Under the pieces are notes generated by a model. The model worked only from the letters and a program-made list of their open reading frames with translations, was not told where the DNA came from and searched no databases. Of a DNA stretch of 64,000 nucleotides, positions 1 through 12,200 are shown in pieces. Origin of the DNA: Callorhinchus milii. Taxonomy: Eukaryota. The stretch's first letter is position 1. Each line of letters begins with the position of its first letter. The DNA lies in assembly GCF_018977255.1 (NCBI RefSeq), contig NW_024704742.1, positions 69,442,001 through 69,506,000 of the forward strand, given 5' to 3'. A program made the translations under genes and the position numbers.

Positions 1-204
1 ATATCATGTGAAGTGCTTTGAGACGTCTCAACAACAGGATAAGGCGCTATATCAAATACAAGGAATATTATTATGAATCCTATGAGGTATTTTGAGACAT
101 CTTAATGACACGATACACCATTATTTCAAATGCAATGATTATGATCGTCTCCCAGGATCTGTAACGTCCCTCTACAAATTTCTTTCCCTCTCCTTCGCTC
201 CCGG

Positions 205-2280
205 CCCTGACTGCCCTCTCTCTCAGCCCCCCCACCCCCAGCCTCTCTCTCGCCCACTCTCTCTCTCTCACCCCCTCTGTCCCTCTCTCTCTCTCACCCC
301 CTCTGTCTCTCTCTCTCACCCCCTCTCTCTCTCTCTCACCCCCTCTGTCCCTCTCTCTCTCACCCCCTCTGTCCCTCTCTCTCTCACCCCTCCCCCTCTG
401 TCCCCTCTCTCTCTCTTCACCCCCTCTGTCCTCTCTCTCTCACCCCCTCTGTCTCTCTCTCTCTCACACCCTCTGTCCTCTCTCTCTCACACCCTCTGTC
501 TCTCTCTCTCTCTCACACACCCTCTGTCCTCTCTCTCTCTCACACCCTCTGTCTCTCTCTCTCTCACCCCCTCTGTCCCTCTCTCTCTCCCCCTCTTCTC
601 TCTCTCACCCCCTCTGTCTCTCTCTCTCACCCCCTCTGTCCCTTTCTCTCTCACCCCCTCTGTCCCTCTCTCTCTCACCCCCTCTGTCTCTCTCTCTCAC
701 CCCCTCTGTCTCTCTCTCTCTCACCCCCTCTGTCCTCTCTCTCTCTCACCCCCTCTGTCTCTCTCTCTCTCACCCCCTCTGTCTCTCTCTCTCTCACCCC
801 CTCTGTCTCTCTCTCTCACCCCCTCTGTCGCTCTCTCTCACCCCCTCTGTCTCTCTCTCTCACCCCCTCGCTGTCCCTCTCTCTGACCCTCTCTGTCCCT
901 CTCTCTGACCCTCTCTGTCCCTCTCTCTGACCCTCTCTGTCCCTCTCTCTGACCCTCTCTGTCCCTCTCTTTCACCCCCTGTCTCTCTCTCTCTCACCCC
1001 CTCTGTCCCTCTCTCTCTCACCCCCTCTGTCTCTCTCTCTCTCACCCCCTCAGTCCCTCTCTCTCTCTCACCCCCTCTGTCCCTCTCTCTCACCTCCTCT
1101 GTCCCTCTCACCCCCTCTGTCTCTCTCACCCCCTCTGTCTCTCGCACCCCCTCTGTCCCTCTCTCTCTCACCCCCTCTGTCCCTCTCTCTCTCACCCCCT
1201 CTGTCTCTCTCACCCCCTCTGTCTCTCTCACCCCCTCTGTCTCTCTCACCCCCTCTGTCTCTCTCACCCCCTCTGTCTCTCTCACCCCCTCTGTCCCTCT
1301 CTCTCAACCCTCTGTCTCTCTCACCCCCTCTGTCTCTCTCACCCCCTCTGTCTCTCTCACCCCCTCTGTCCCTCTCACCCCCTCTGTCCCCTCTCTCTCT
1401 CACCCCTCTGTCTCTCTCACCCCCTCTTCTCTCTCACCCCCTCTGTCTCTCTCACCCCCTCTGTCCCTCTCTCTCTCTCACCCCTCTCTGTCCCTCTCTC
1501 TCACCCCCTCTGTCCCTCTCTCTCTCACCCCCTCTCTGTCTCTCTCACCCCCTCTGTCTCTCTCTCTCTCACCCCCTCTGTTTCTCTCTCTCACCCCCTC
1601 TGTCCCTCTCTCTCACCCCCTCTGTCCCTCTCTCTCAACCCTCTGTCTCTCTCACCCCCTCTGTCTCTCTCACCCCTCTGTCCCCCTCTCTCACCCCCTC
1701 TGTCTCTCTCACCCCCTCTGTCTCTCTCACCCCCTCTGTCTCTCTCACCCCCTCTGTCTCTCTCACCCCCTCTGTCTCTCTCTCTCACCCCCTCTGTCTC
1801 TCTCTCTCTCTCACCCCCTCTGTCTCTCTCTCTCTCTCTCTCACCCCCTCTGTCTCTCTCTCTCTCTCACCCCCTCTGTCGCTCTCTCTCACACTCTCCC
1901 CCTCTGTCGCTCTCTCTCACCCCCTCTGTCTCTCTCTCACCCCCTCTGTCCCCCTCTCTCTCACCCCCTGTCCCTCTCTCTCACCCCTTCTGTCCCTCTC
2001 TCTCACCCCCTCTGTCCCTCTCTCTCTCACCCCCTCTGTCCCCCTCTCTCTCACCCCCTCTGTCTCTCTCTCTCTCACCCCCTCTGTCTCTCTCTCTCTC
2101 ACCCCCTCTGTCTCTCTCTCTCACCCCCTCTGTCTCTCTCTCTCACCCCCTCTGTCTCTCTCTCTCACCCCCTCTGTCTCTCTCTCTCACCCCCTCTGTC
2201 CCCCTTCTCCTCCTTCACCCCTCTGTCTCTCTCTCTCACCTCTGTCTGCTCGTCTCTCTCTCACCCCCTCTGTCGCTCTC
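205..2280. repeat. ~2.1-kb polypyrimidine minisatellite, unit ~(CT)n-CACCCCCTCTGT
   Basis: Tandem degenerate 18-24 bp units such as ctctctctcaccccctctgt; the ORFs over it are low-complexity artefacts. Confidence 0.95.
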
Positions 2281-2339
2281 TTTTGCCGCTACAAATTTAG
2301 GTAACAGCCCAAACCTGTTTTTTCCACTCGACGAGCAAG

Positions 2340-2730
2340 AAAAAACCCGCCCAATTGGGCGTGAAACCCGCCCAAAAAGTGGCCACGTTGGGCTCCGGCT
2401 GTCAATTCGCGCGCTCAGACGACGTCGCTTCGCTGATTGGCCGCACGTCGTAGAGGGGGTGGGGGTACGGCCTCCTGATTGGTCCAGTTAGAAGACGCGG
2501 CCCGCGGATCAGCCGGCCCGCCCCCTCCCCTCCTGCCCCCTGATTGGCTGGCGCCGGGCAGCCGCGTTTGGAGACGGCTGTTGTTTTTCGAATAAAAGTG
2601 CCGGCGCGCGGGCGCCGCCGCTTGAGTCACGGCGGAGACCGTGACCAGTGCTGAGGACGGCGGAGCGTTGCGCAGCCGGGGCCTGAGGGTGGGCCCCACA
2701 CCCGCGCTTTTAGCTTTAAAGCCCTTTTTA
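2340..2730 (+). promoter_or_regulatory. CpG-island cell-cycle promoter of CDC25B (NF-Y CCAAT boxes, E2F-like and CHR-like sites)
   Basis: CpG-rich; inverted CCAAT (ATTGG) at 2436, 2478 and 2543; CCAAT at 2351; TTCGCGCG at 2406; CHR-variant TTCGAA at 2587-2592 and TTTAAA at 2715-2720; lies 300-650 bp upstream of the ATG. Confidence 0.7.
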
Positions 2731-3010
2731 GTTTGGCTTTCTTTCCCGCCGCCCTCCCCTTCCCCTCCTCCTCGCTCGGCTGCAAATAAATGACGTCCTG
2801 AGGCGGTGAGAGTCCGGGGCCTCGAGCGGAGCCGCTTTTTTATTTTTTGCCTCTACGCCCTTCTATTTTGTTTCATTTTTGCAGAATACTTTCCCCGTCG
2901 TTTGATCGTTTCTCCCCCTTAATTTTGGTTGGATTGTAACCCCTGTGGGAGTCCCCCCCCCCCCCCCCCCACTCCCGCTCTCTCGCTGCACGTTGTTAAG
3001 GCCGCCCGCA

Positions 3011-3210
3011 ATGAGCAGCCCGGCCCCGGCCAGCCCGCCCCCCGCCGCCAGGCCCCGCCGCAACCTCGCCCTCACGTCGCTGCTGTCCGAGAAGGGCAGG
3101 TCGTGCAAGGCCCTCTTCCTCACCCCCTTCAGCGGCTGCTGTGAGCCGCCCGTGTTGTCTCCCGTCACCAACCTGGCCAACAACATGAACAAGCTGGCGG
3201 GACTGGGCAG
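3011..3210 (+). CDS. CDC25B: CDC25B exon 1 (MSSPAP...[17 protein letters not shown])
   Basis: ATG at 3011; conserved SPVT.L...M..L.GLG motif; donor AG|gtac. Confidence 0.85.
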
Positions 3211-6200
3211 GTACTCCCCGCGCTCGGCCTGTCTGTACCGTGTGTGTGTGTCTATATAGTGTGTATATATCTATAGTCTGTGTGTATATAGTGTGTGTGT
3301 GTATATATATCTATAGTCTGTGTATATATATCTATAGTCTGTGTGTGTATATATAGTGTGTGTATATATATCTATAGTCTGTCTATATATAGTGTGTGTA
3401 TATATATCTATAGTCTGTGTGTATATAGTGTGTATATATATCTATAGTCTGTGTATATATAGTGTGTGTGTATATACCTATAGTCTGTGTGTGTATATAT
3501 AGTGTGTGTATATATATCTATAGTCTGTGTATATATAGTGTGTGTATATGTATATCTATAGTCTGTGTATATATAGTGTGTGTATATATCTACAGTCTGT
3601 GTGTATGTAGTGTGTGTGTATATATATCTATAGTCTGTGTATATATGGTGTGTGTGTATATATAAGCACTATGTATACTGTGTACTGTGTATATATCCAC
3701 ATGTGTGTATGCTGTTTAGCTGTGTGACTGTACTCTGTCTCTGATATATATGCGTGTGTACATATATATATACATATATACACACATACACTCTGTGTAG
3801 TGTATCTGTGTGTATATATACTCTACTGTATATAGTATATACTCTATGTAATTGTGTATATATATGTATGTGTATATACTCTATGGCTGTATGTCTGTAC
3901 TCTGTCTCTATATGAGTGTGTACATGTATTTTCTGTGTATAGAGATGTCTCAAAGCGCATCAGAGCTTTGAAGTGACTTTTGTGGGCAAAGCGGAGCAGC
4001 CAGTTTTGTACCCAGTCAAGTCCCACAAACTGCCATATGACCAACCAATTTATTTGTCTTTTTGGCCAAGTGTCTGCCTATCCACACACTGCTGTTCAAA
4101 TCCATGCACCTCCCTACATCTCTGATCCCCTCACTCCCCAATCCACAACCTGGCACCTCTGCGCGACTGGCACCAGCCTCTTGCTTGTCCCTTGCACCGT
4201 CCGCCCCACCATTGGAGGTTGTGCTTTCAGCCACTATGCCCCAAATCTCTGGAACGCAATCCCTCCGCCTTGCCCCCTCTCTCCCCTTTTTCAAGTCCCA
4301 CCTTGGTCGCCCTCCCACCTCTCTCTGCCTTCCCTCACCCCTACACCACCCCTCCCCCATGCTCGGGCTCCGATACCTGACTGTTCAGCGATTTGGGACG
4401 TCCTCCTGACGTGAAAGGCGCTCTATAAATGTAATTTTGCTGCTGTTGCTTAATAATAATAATAAAATTTTTTAAATTTTCCTCTTCGACCGTGCTTACG
4501 GACACCTCTGCTCGGAGTCGGGCTCCGCCACTGTTAAGCGCTCTGAGATGCTACCCTGCGTGGAGGGCCCTCTGAGTACAAATTGTTGCTATTGCGTGCT
4601 GTGTGTGTATATACATTATGTGTATATACTCTAGCTGTGTGTTTGTACTCCTCTGTGTCTCTGTCTGTGTATCTCTGTCTGCACTCTTTCTACATCTGTG
4701 TCTTTGTTTCTGTCTGCGTGTCTACCTATTTCTGCCTACCAGTGTATCCGCACACTATCTGTGTTCATAATAATAATCCTTACATTTGATATAGGGCTTA
4801 TCACATTGTTGAGACGTCTCAAAGCGCTTCACAGCTTTGAAGTGACTATTTTGTGGACAAAGAAGGGTAGCCAGTTTTGCATGCAATGAAGTCCCACAAA
4901 CTCCCGTGTGATGAGCCAATTTTTTTTGTGGCCAGAGCTCCAGGAGAAACTCGCTTTTCTTTTCAAATAGTGCCATGGGATCTTTAATGTCCACCTGAAC
5001 AGGCAGACGGGAGGGATTTTGGTTTAATGTCTTACAGAATGGATGAGTCTATACTGTGACCGTGACGTTTTCTGTGTCTCTGTACTGTATTTGTGCCTGT
5101 ACACTAACTTTGCATCTCGCTATACTGTCTGGACGGTGTACACTTTCCGCCTGTCTGTGTACTGTCTTGACATTCTGTGTGTCTATCTTTCAGTACCTCT
5201 GTCTATACCTCTCCATCTTGTGTACCTGTACCACTCTGTAATTGTCTTCATCTGTTCTAACTGCAAAGCTTTCCTTTTCGGGCACTGTGGCAAGATTTGT
5301 GCTACTTGGTCAGAGCAGATCTACCTGGCTCAGGCAGTAGACAACTGATATTGCTACAGAGGATTAATTTGATTCTGATGAGCAGTTGCCAAGTGTATCA
5401 TCTTGGAGCGATCTCAGTCTGAGACCCCATTTTACCTTCCTCTTCTACAGATGAGTCGCCAGTTAATCTGATTAGTGCAAGTTTGAGCCCTTAGGTGGAT
5501 AGCAAATAAGGGTGCGCCTTGTGAACCTCCTCGATGAACATCATAACATTTGATAGAGTATTCCCCCCATTTTCCTGCCTACAGCCCAGACACACACACT
5601 GAGCTGAGCGTTGGTTCCACTAGTTGGAGTAATGTAACATGTAGGAGCAGCAGTAGGCCATTTGGCCCTTCGAGCCTGCCCCGCCATTCAACCATGGCTG
5701 ATCTTCTAATCTAACTCCAGCTAATAACCTAACTCTGCCTTATCCCCATATCCGTTAATCCCTCTTGCAATAAGAAATCTATCTATCTCAGTCTTGAATA
5801 TGTTCAAGGAGTTCAAGAGTACGGAGCTTCAGCAGCTGCTTGCCTCTGCATTCCCCTTTTTACCACAAATCCACCTTGCTTTCTGCTCCTGGATTTTGCA
5901 AAGGGGCCTTCCTCTGCACCATCCAAAAGGGCATTGTAAGCTGAAGTTGTTATCCATACAAATCAACTATTCTTGCATTTTCCAACTAATAATTTCAAGG
6001 TACCCTCAGGAGTTATGCAGAACCATAATACTGCACCCACCATCATGTTCCACTGTGTGTTTAAGATGGTGAGTTCAACACACAAGAACTGCAGCTGAAC
6101 TTGCCAACAGGATGGGACATTATTTTGTGCAATTGGCTGCTACGTTTCACCCACAAAAACAGTCAACCACTTTACAATCTATTCTGTGAAGTGCTTTGAG

Positions 6201-9200
6201 ATGTCTCAATGTCGTGATAAAAAGCTATATCAAACGCAAGGATCTGAAAGCAGGAGTGCTTGGATTCATCAAGCCCGTCTCCTTTGATTTGTCCAATGTT
6301 GTGTTCTTCTGATTGTCCTGGTTTTATATTGCTCCCTCATCCAAATTCAACCTCCACAATTCTTATGGTGGCTGATCATGCCATTGTTTGTGGGATGTTG
6401 TTGGGTGCAAATAGCTGCAGTGTTTGCCTCCATCCCTTTTTGTAACTGTTTTGAGGTTTCCTTTAAGTGAAGGTACTGTACTGTATCATGTAGTACATTT
6501 CCCCATCACCTAGTGATGCCAAATGATTAGCATCTCTTCACACAAGATGGATATGCGGTGTTCCAGGAGTAAGGGAAAGTTCTCCTAAATCGAGTGTTGT
6601 AGAAAATGCCTGGATTCTTTCAAATACAGTTCTTTTTAAAAAGGGTGGCTGTGCTTGTTTATCCTGTGGAGATGTCCCTCTGATCTAATTAAACCCATTG
6701 TGGAAATAGGTTTAATATATGTATTTCATCATAGAAGCAGTTTTTTTTCCCTTGTACCTGTGTTTTGTGTCATCCACACCATTTTATGTTAAGTTGAAAT
6801 AGATATATCAGTTGCAATATACAAATCTGTTCCCTCCCACTCTGTTAAGTTGCTTTCTGTGTCACTATTTCAGTTCTGACATTTTGCTCAAATTGTTTCC
6901 ATGTAGTAACTGTGACACACCGAAACGCAGGCCAAGTGGGACTCCGTTGCTGGTTAAGACTTTATCCTCTGACTCAGATGCAGGTCAGTATGAATTTGGA
7001 TTTTTTTTGTAGACATCCTGTTTTTCCTTTTGTTCTTGGGCCATTCGAGTTGTATATTATGTGTTCAATCGCATTAAAATATTCCACATTGGGTCAGACT
7101 AAATCTAATGCCATAAGTATGTAACTTCTTCTACAATTCAGTGTGGATGTGAGAAATGATAGGATGTCTATTTATGTGAATGAGACCTTGTTTCATCTGA
7201 AGCGAAACTATTTTGCACATTGTTCAAATTTATGGTATTATTTTGAGGCTAGGACACAGCATGCCATGTGGTCTTTGTTTCCAGATGTGGCTGGATGCCA
7301 TTTTGAATTCCTTTATTTTACAAAATATGGAACCGGGTGATTGAGAGAGAGAAATACTTCAGTTTTGCATCCATTAGAGCAGACTATAAGTGAGTCAATT
7401 TGTAGCACACTGGGGAGGAATGGAAAGAGAAGAGCGATGGGAAGTGGTGTGTTAAATCATGTGGTTTCCTGCCTGTGTTTTTTAAAAAAAATCCCATAGT
7501 TTACCCTCATGTTCTATCCTACAAACTCCCTCATGAGTCATTGGCATACACACTTGCACAGAGCAGGAAGACATGAAGGTTTGCCTGCTGACCTGGATTT
7601 CAGCACAAGTTCATCACTGTGACTGTGCTGTGCTTGTTTATCCTGCGGAGACACCTACTCTAATCTAATTTCCGCACTCTCTCTCTCCCCCCCCCACCCC
7701 CATTATCTCCAATTGCATGGCCCTGTTGGAGAGTACTATAAGTGATAACACAATTCCTCCTGGCTGAAGTATTATCTACACCGAGTCTTCAACTTCCACA
7801 TGTACGAGGATGACACCCACCTCTATCTCTCTGAATGTTAGCATGACTGAGTCCCTCCTGATTGGCTTGCACTAGCGCCTCAGGCACTGGCAGCATTAGC
7901 ATCCACGGTTGCATACCCACCAAACCAGTGAGGAACCTGGGCGTCTTGGGACGTCCTCCCGACTTGAAAGGCGCTCTATAAATGAAATCTTGTTGTTGTT
8001 GTTGTTGTCTTGTTCAACCCTTAACTGTCCCTTTCTCCCCCCATATCTGTACCATGACCCACTCTGCCTTTCCCACCTCTGCAAAATTGCCCGACTCCGC
8101 CACTGTCTCACCCCTCAGGCGCCCAAACCCTCATACACGTATTCATCACCTCAAGGCTCGACTACGGAAACTCCCTTGTCGGTCTCCCCAGCTCTTCCCT
8201 CCAGAAGCTGCAGATCATCCAGAACTCTGTAGCTCGTGTCCTCCTGCACCAGGCTTCGTGACCCCATCACCCCCATCCTTGTCGGCTCCACTGGCCCCCA
8301 ATCCCTCAGAGGATAGAATTCAAAATCCTTGTCCTCACTTCTAAGGCCCTCCATGGCCATGGCCTTGCCCCATCCTACATCTCTGACCTGCTACCCCCCT
8401 ATTAATCTGTCCACTCCCTGTGCTCAGCAGGCTCAAGCCAGCTGCATGTCTCCTGCCCAACTTGCCTTACCATTGGTGCCCGGGCTTTCAGCCTCTCTGC
8501 CCCCACTCTTTGGAACTCCATCCCACAATCCCTTTGCCTTGTTCGCTCTCTTGCCTCTTTCAAGGCACGACTCAAGACCCTCCTTTTTGACTGTGCCTTC
8601 AGCTGCCCTCCTACCCCCTCTGCCCTTCCTCGTCCCACCCCTGTCCCCATGCTTGGGTCCTGATCCCTGACTATTTAGCACCTTGTTACTCCTGACATGA
8701 AAGACGCTTTAGAAATGCAATGTTGTCATTCTCTCTGTCAGCCCTGTAATCAGCATGCATTAAAGCTGGATGAGAAAGTACTGAGCTGAAGTTGATGTCT
8801 CCAGTCTGGGAGGAGAGAAGCAATGGGAGAAGGGGGTAGAAAGATGCATTTTACATGTACAGTCACTAGTTATTCCAAGGCTTCTGTGATGGTTGTGATG
8901 GAGCCCATGAGCTGTTGTACGTCCATCCTTGTAGCTGGACAGTGGGTTATGGGCTTCAAATGGCTTCATTTGGAGAGACTTCTAAACTTCTACGCAATCT
9001 TGGTTTGAATTTTAAATCTCTCTGGGTCTATTAGGAAATAGAGGAATATCGCAGATGGGATTAGGAAGTGTGGAGGCTCGCATGGAGTATAAATACCACT
9101 GCGGTCTAATCTAGTTGAAGCTGTTTCCATCTGTAGTGTTCTGTATAATTCTAGGGGTAAAGGCCTATGTGCCTTTAACGGTGATGTCTTCTGGGATGAC

Positions 9201-12200
9201 TGGTTTTAACTAATCCTGATGCTTGTTTTATTTGCGCAGGACTTTGTATGGATTCTCCGAGCCCCCTGGATGAAAAAGAGATTGATGAAACGTGAGTTTG
9301 CACTTTGGCTTGTGGTCTTCCCAGCAATGATGGAGCCCAAGGGTTGAAATGTGGTAATATAGTATAGCAATCCTTGCATTTTTGGTGTTGTGCTTAGAAC
9401 GGTCAGAATTCGTTACATGCACTTTGCGGCAGTTTGTTAAATGTAATGACTTGTTGAAGACTTCTGTTAAAGAATATGCTGAACTGAGCATAAAACTTTA
9501 AATAGGGAGAGGACTGAAGCCACGCTTCGATGTAACATGAAACAAAACAGCTGAAGGTATGAAGTGCAGTGAGATTGAATGGACAGCTTATTCTGAAAGC
9601 AGGTGCTGACTTGATGGGCCTAAAACACTGTAAATTTCTGTTTCTGTAATGCAACTTGTGTACATTTAGAATATTTTGTTTTTTAAAAAATAGGTAGTGG
9701 AGACAGTCTTTGGCTCTGACATTGTGGTTGGATTTTGTAACAGTTGAAGTTATAGCTGTCTTTGCTTGAAATATCTTGTGGTTTCAGCATTTCATGTATT
9801 GACGTATGCTTTACTGAAACTCGTTTGGTAGAAGCAATAGCAGATGTGACTCCCGACAGTGACGGATGCTGCCTTCTACTGCCCACATTTAAACTTGGGA
9901 GAATTTAGGAGGAAGCACTGGGTTACCCTGTATGCTTACTACCACTGAGTTCATAGTAATAAGTCAAAAGCAGAAGTTATTAATGTAACAGTATATCTGT
10001 GCAGCAATTCTATTCCCATTTCTGGAGCCTTAATATCATTCTTGTTTGGTATTTTGGCTTATGTCAATATCTTAAAGCACTTCAAGATTTCACTGCCAAG
10101 TTTGGTGACTACTGTACATTGTAGATTAACGTGGCAGCCAATATACACACAGCAATGTCCCACAGACAGTGGTGAAATGAATGACCAATTTTATGGATTG
10201 TTGGCCAGGAGCCTGGGAAAAATTCCCTTCTCTTTTTGAATAGTGCTATAGGACCTTTTACATTCACCAAAATAAAATTTAGGCAAGTGGGACCTCAGTT
10301 TTTATTCCCCATTTCGTCCAAAGGATGGTACTTCTGGCAATGTAGCACTCCCTCCAGTACTGCAATGGAATGTAGCCTGGACTGAGCTGACACAGTGACT
10401 TTGAACTCATAGTCTAGTTTAGACTGATGCTCAGAGGAGCACTGCATTGTCAGAGGTGTTGTCCTACTGATGACATGTTACACCGAGATTCTGTCTCCTG
10501 CTGAGGTATTCGAAAAGAGAAGGAAAAGTGTTTTTCTTGGTGTCGTGGCTAACACTGCCCCAGATACAATTAGTCACTCACTTCATGTCTGCTTGTAGGA
10601 CATAGCTATGTACGACGTGGCTGCCATATTTGCCTACAAAATACAGTCAACTACATTTTGCAGTGGTTGGGAGACTTCTTCCAGATACTTGGTCTATTTG
10701 TTCTGCAGCGTCATAAAACCAAAAGGCCTGAGGCTGATTTTCAGGCCTAGTTGTTGGGTGATTCAACATACCATTGTACTAGATTCAGACCTTTTTGGCC
10801 AACCAGCAGACTTGAGGAGCTTTTCTGAGCTGTTCTTGAAGGCTTCCCTGCCTCCCCTCTCACTCTTCCCATTAAGTTGTGGGTAAAGGTAGCCATGTAC
10901 ATCAGAATCATGATTTTTAATCTTAAATTGTATAAGTTCAGGTAGCTGCAGTAGATTTGGTTGGCTGGAGAGGGAATTTATCCATGGTTTCCTTTTTAAA
11001 GTCCCCCAAGTAAAATTGCTTACTCTCTTCATGGCTATTTACAATACAATTTACCTTTGTGTATGTGGGTTCTGTTATTTGCTACCAGAATAGGGTTACA
11101 GGTCAAAACTCCTTTGGAGCCAATGGTATACATTTCTCCCAGTAGGTGTTTGCTTGAAATTTCCTCACTATAAATTGAAAATGCAGAGACCTGAATCTAA
11201 GATTACAAAGAATGTACGCCAGAAACAGGCCGATCGGCCCCGCCAGTCTGTGTCGGTGCTCATACTCCACGAGTCTTCACCTATTCCTTACTCCCTCCCG
11301 TATGTTTCTATTCCACTCTCCCCTGTGAAGATCTAGCATTCCTCTTGAATGCACCTATACCATGTGAATGAAGGTGTTGGCTTTAAATGTAATCGTCAAT
11401 CTCAGGCGGTGCTGAATTTTGGCAGTTATTTAAGTTTCAATTCATTTACAGTCAATTCACTTTACAGTGTGTTCTGTGAAGCGCTTTGGGACGTCCTCCT
11501 GACGTGAAAAGGCGCTATATCAAATGCAAGGATTATTATTATTATTATTATTTGTTTTTGAAGCCATTTGGTTCTGCAGTTTTTTTTTAAAAAAATGAGA
11601 TTATCAAAATTCTGTGCAATCTGGGCGTGGTCTCGAGGCTAAAACGATGGAGCCCCAGATGTCATCAGTAATAATGTGCCATATCACATCATTGATGTCT
11701 CAAGGTGCTTCATGGGATATACTGTAAAGTGGATTGACTAGTTTTTTGTGGGCGAATTTAAGGTTCTCTGCAGCAACCTAAAATGAGTGCTCTTGAAGGA
11801 AGACTGTTAAAAACTTACCATCTAAATTTAGACTGAACTTTTTGTGGTTGAATTAAATTTGGAAGTCCCTTCCTAATCAAGGTATTTCACCTAAGTCACT
11901 GCAATTTACTTTAAATCCTGTGATGTACTTTGAGATGACCTCCCAACATGAAAGGTGCTGTATCAAATATAAAGATTATTTCTATACAAGTTGCCACCGG
12001 TAGGTAGCCTTACAGAATGAATTTCTCATAGAATGACTTTCCTCTTCTCCCCTCAGTGCATCCCATCAAGCAAGGTGGAAATGGAAGAGAGTGAGGGTTT
12101 TAAGCAAAGGCATTTGCACAGAAGTTTAGGTGGGATTTAAATCCAGGGAAGGAGGAGCAAGGACTTTACTTTGGAGGAAGAGTTGGGATTTTGTTTGGAA

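Noticed and set aside
80..2102. Long ORFs (264 aa LSP-rich; ERG-rich on the - strand)
   Set aside because: Translations of a stop-poor CT minisatellite.
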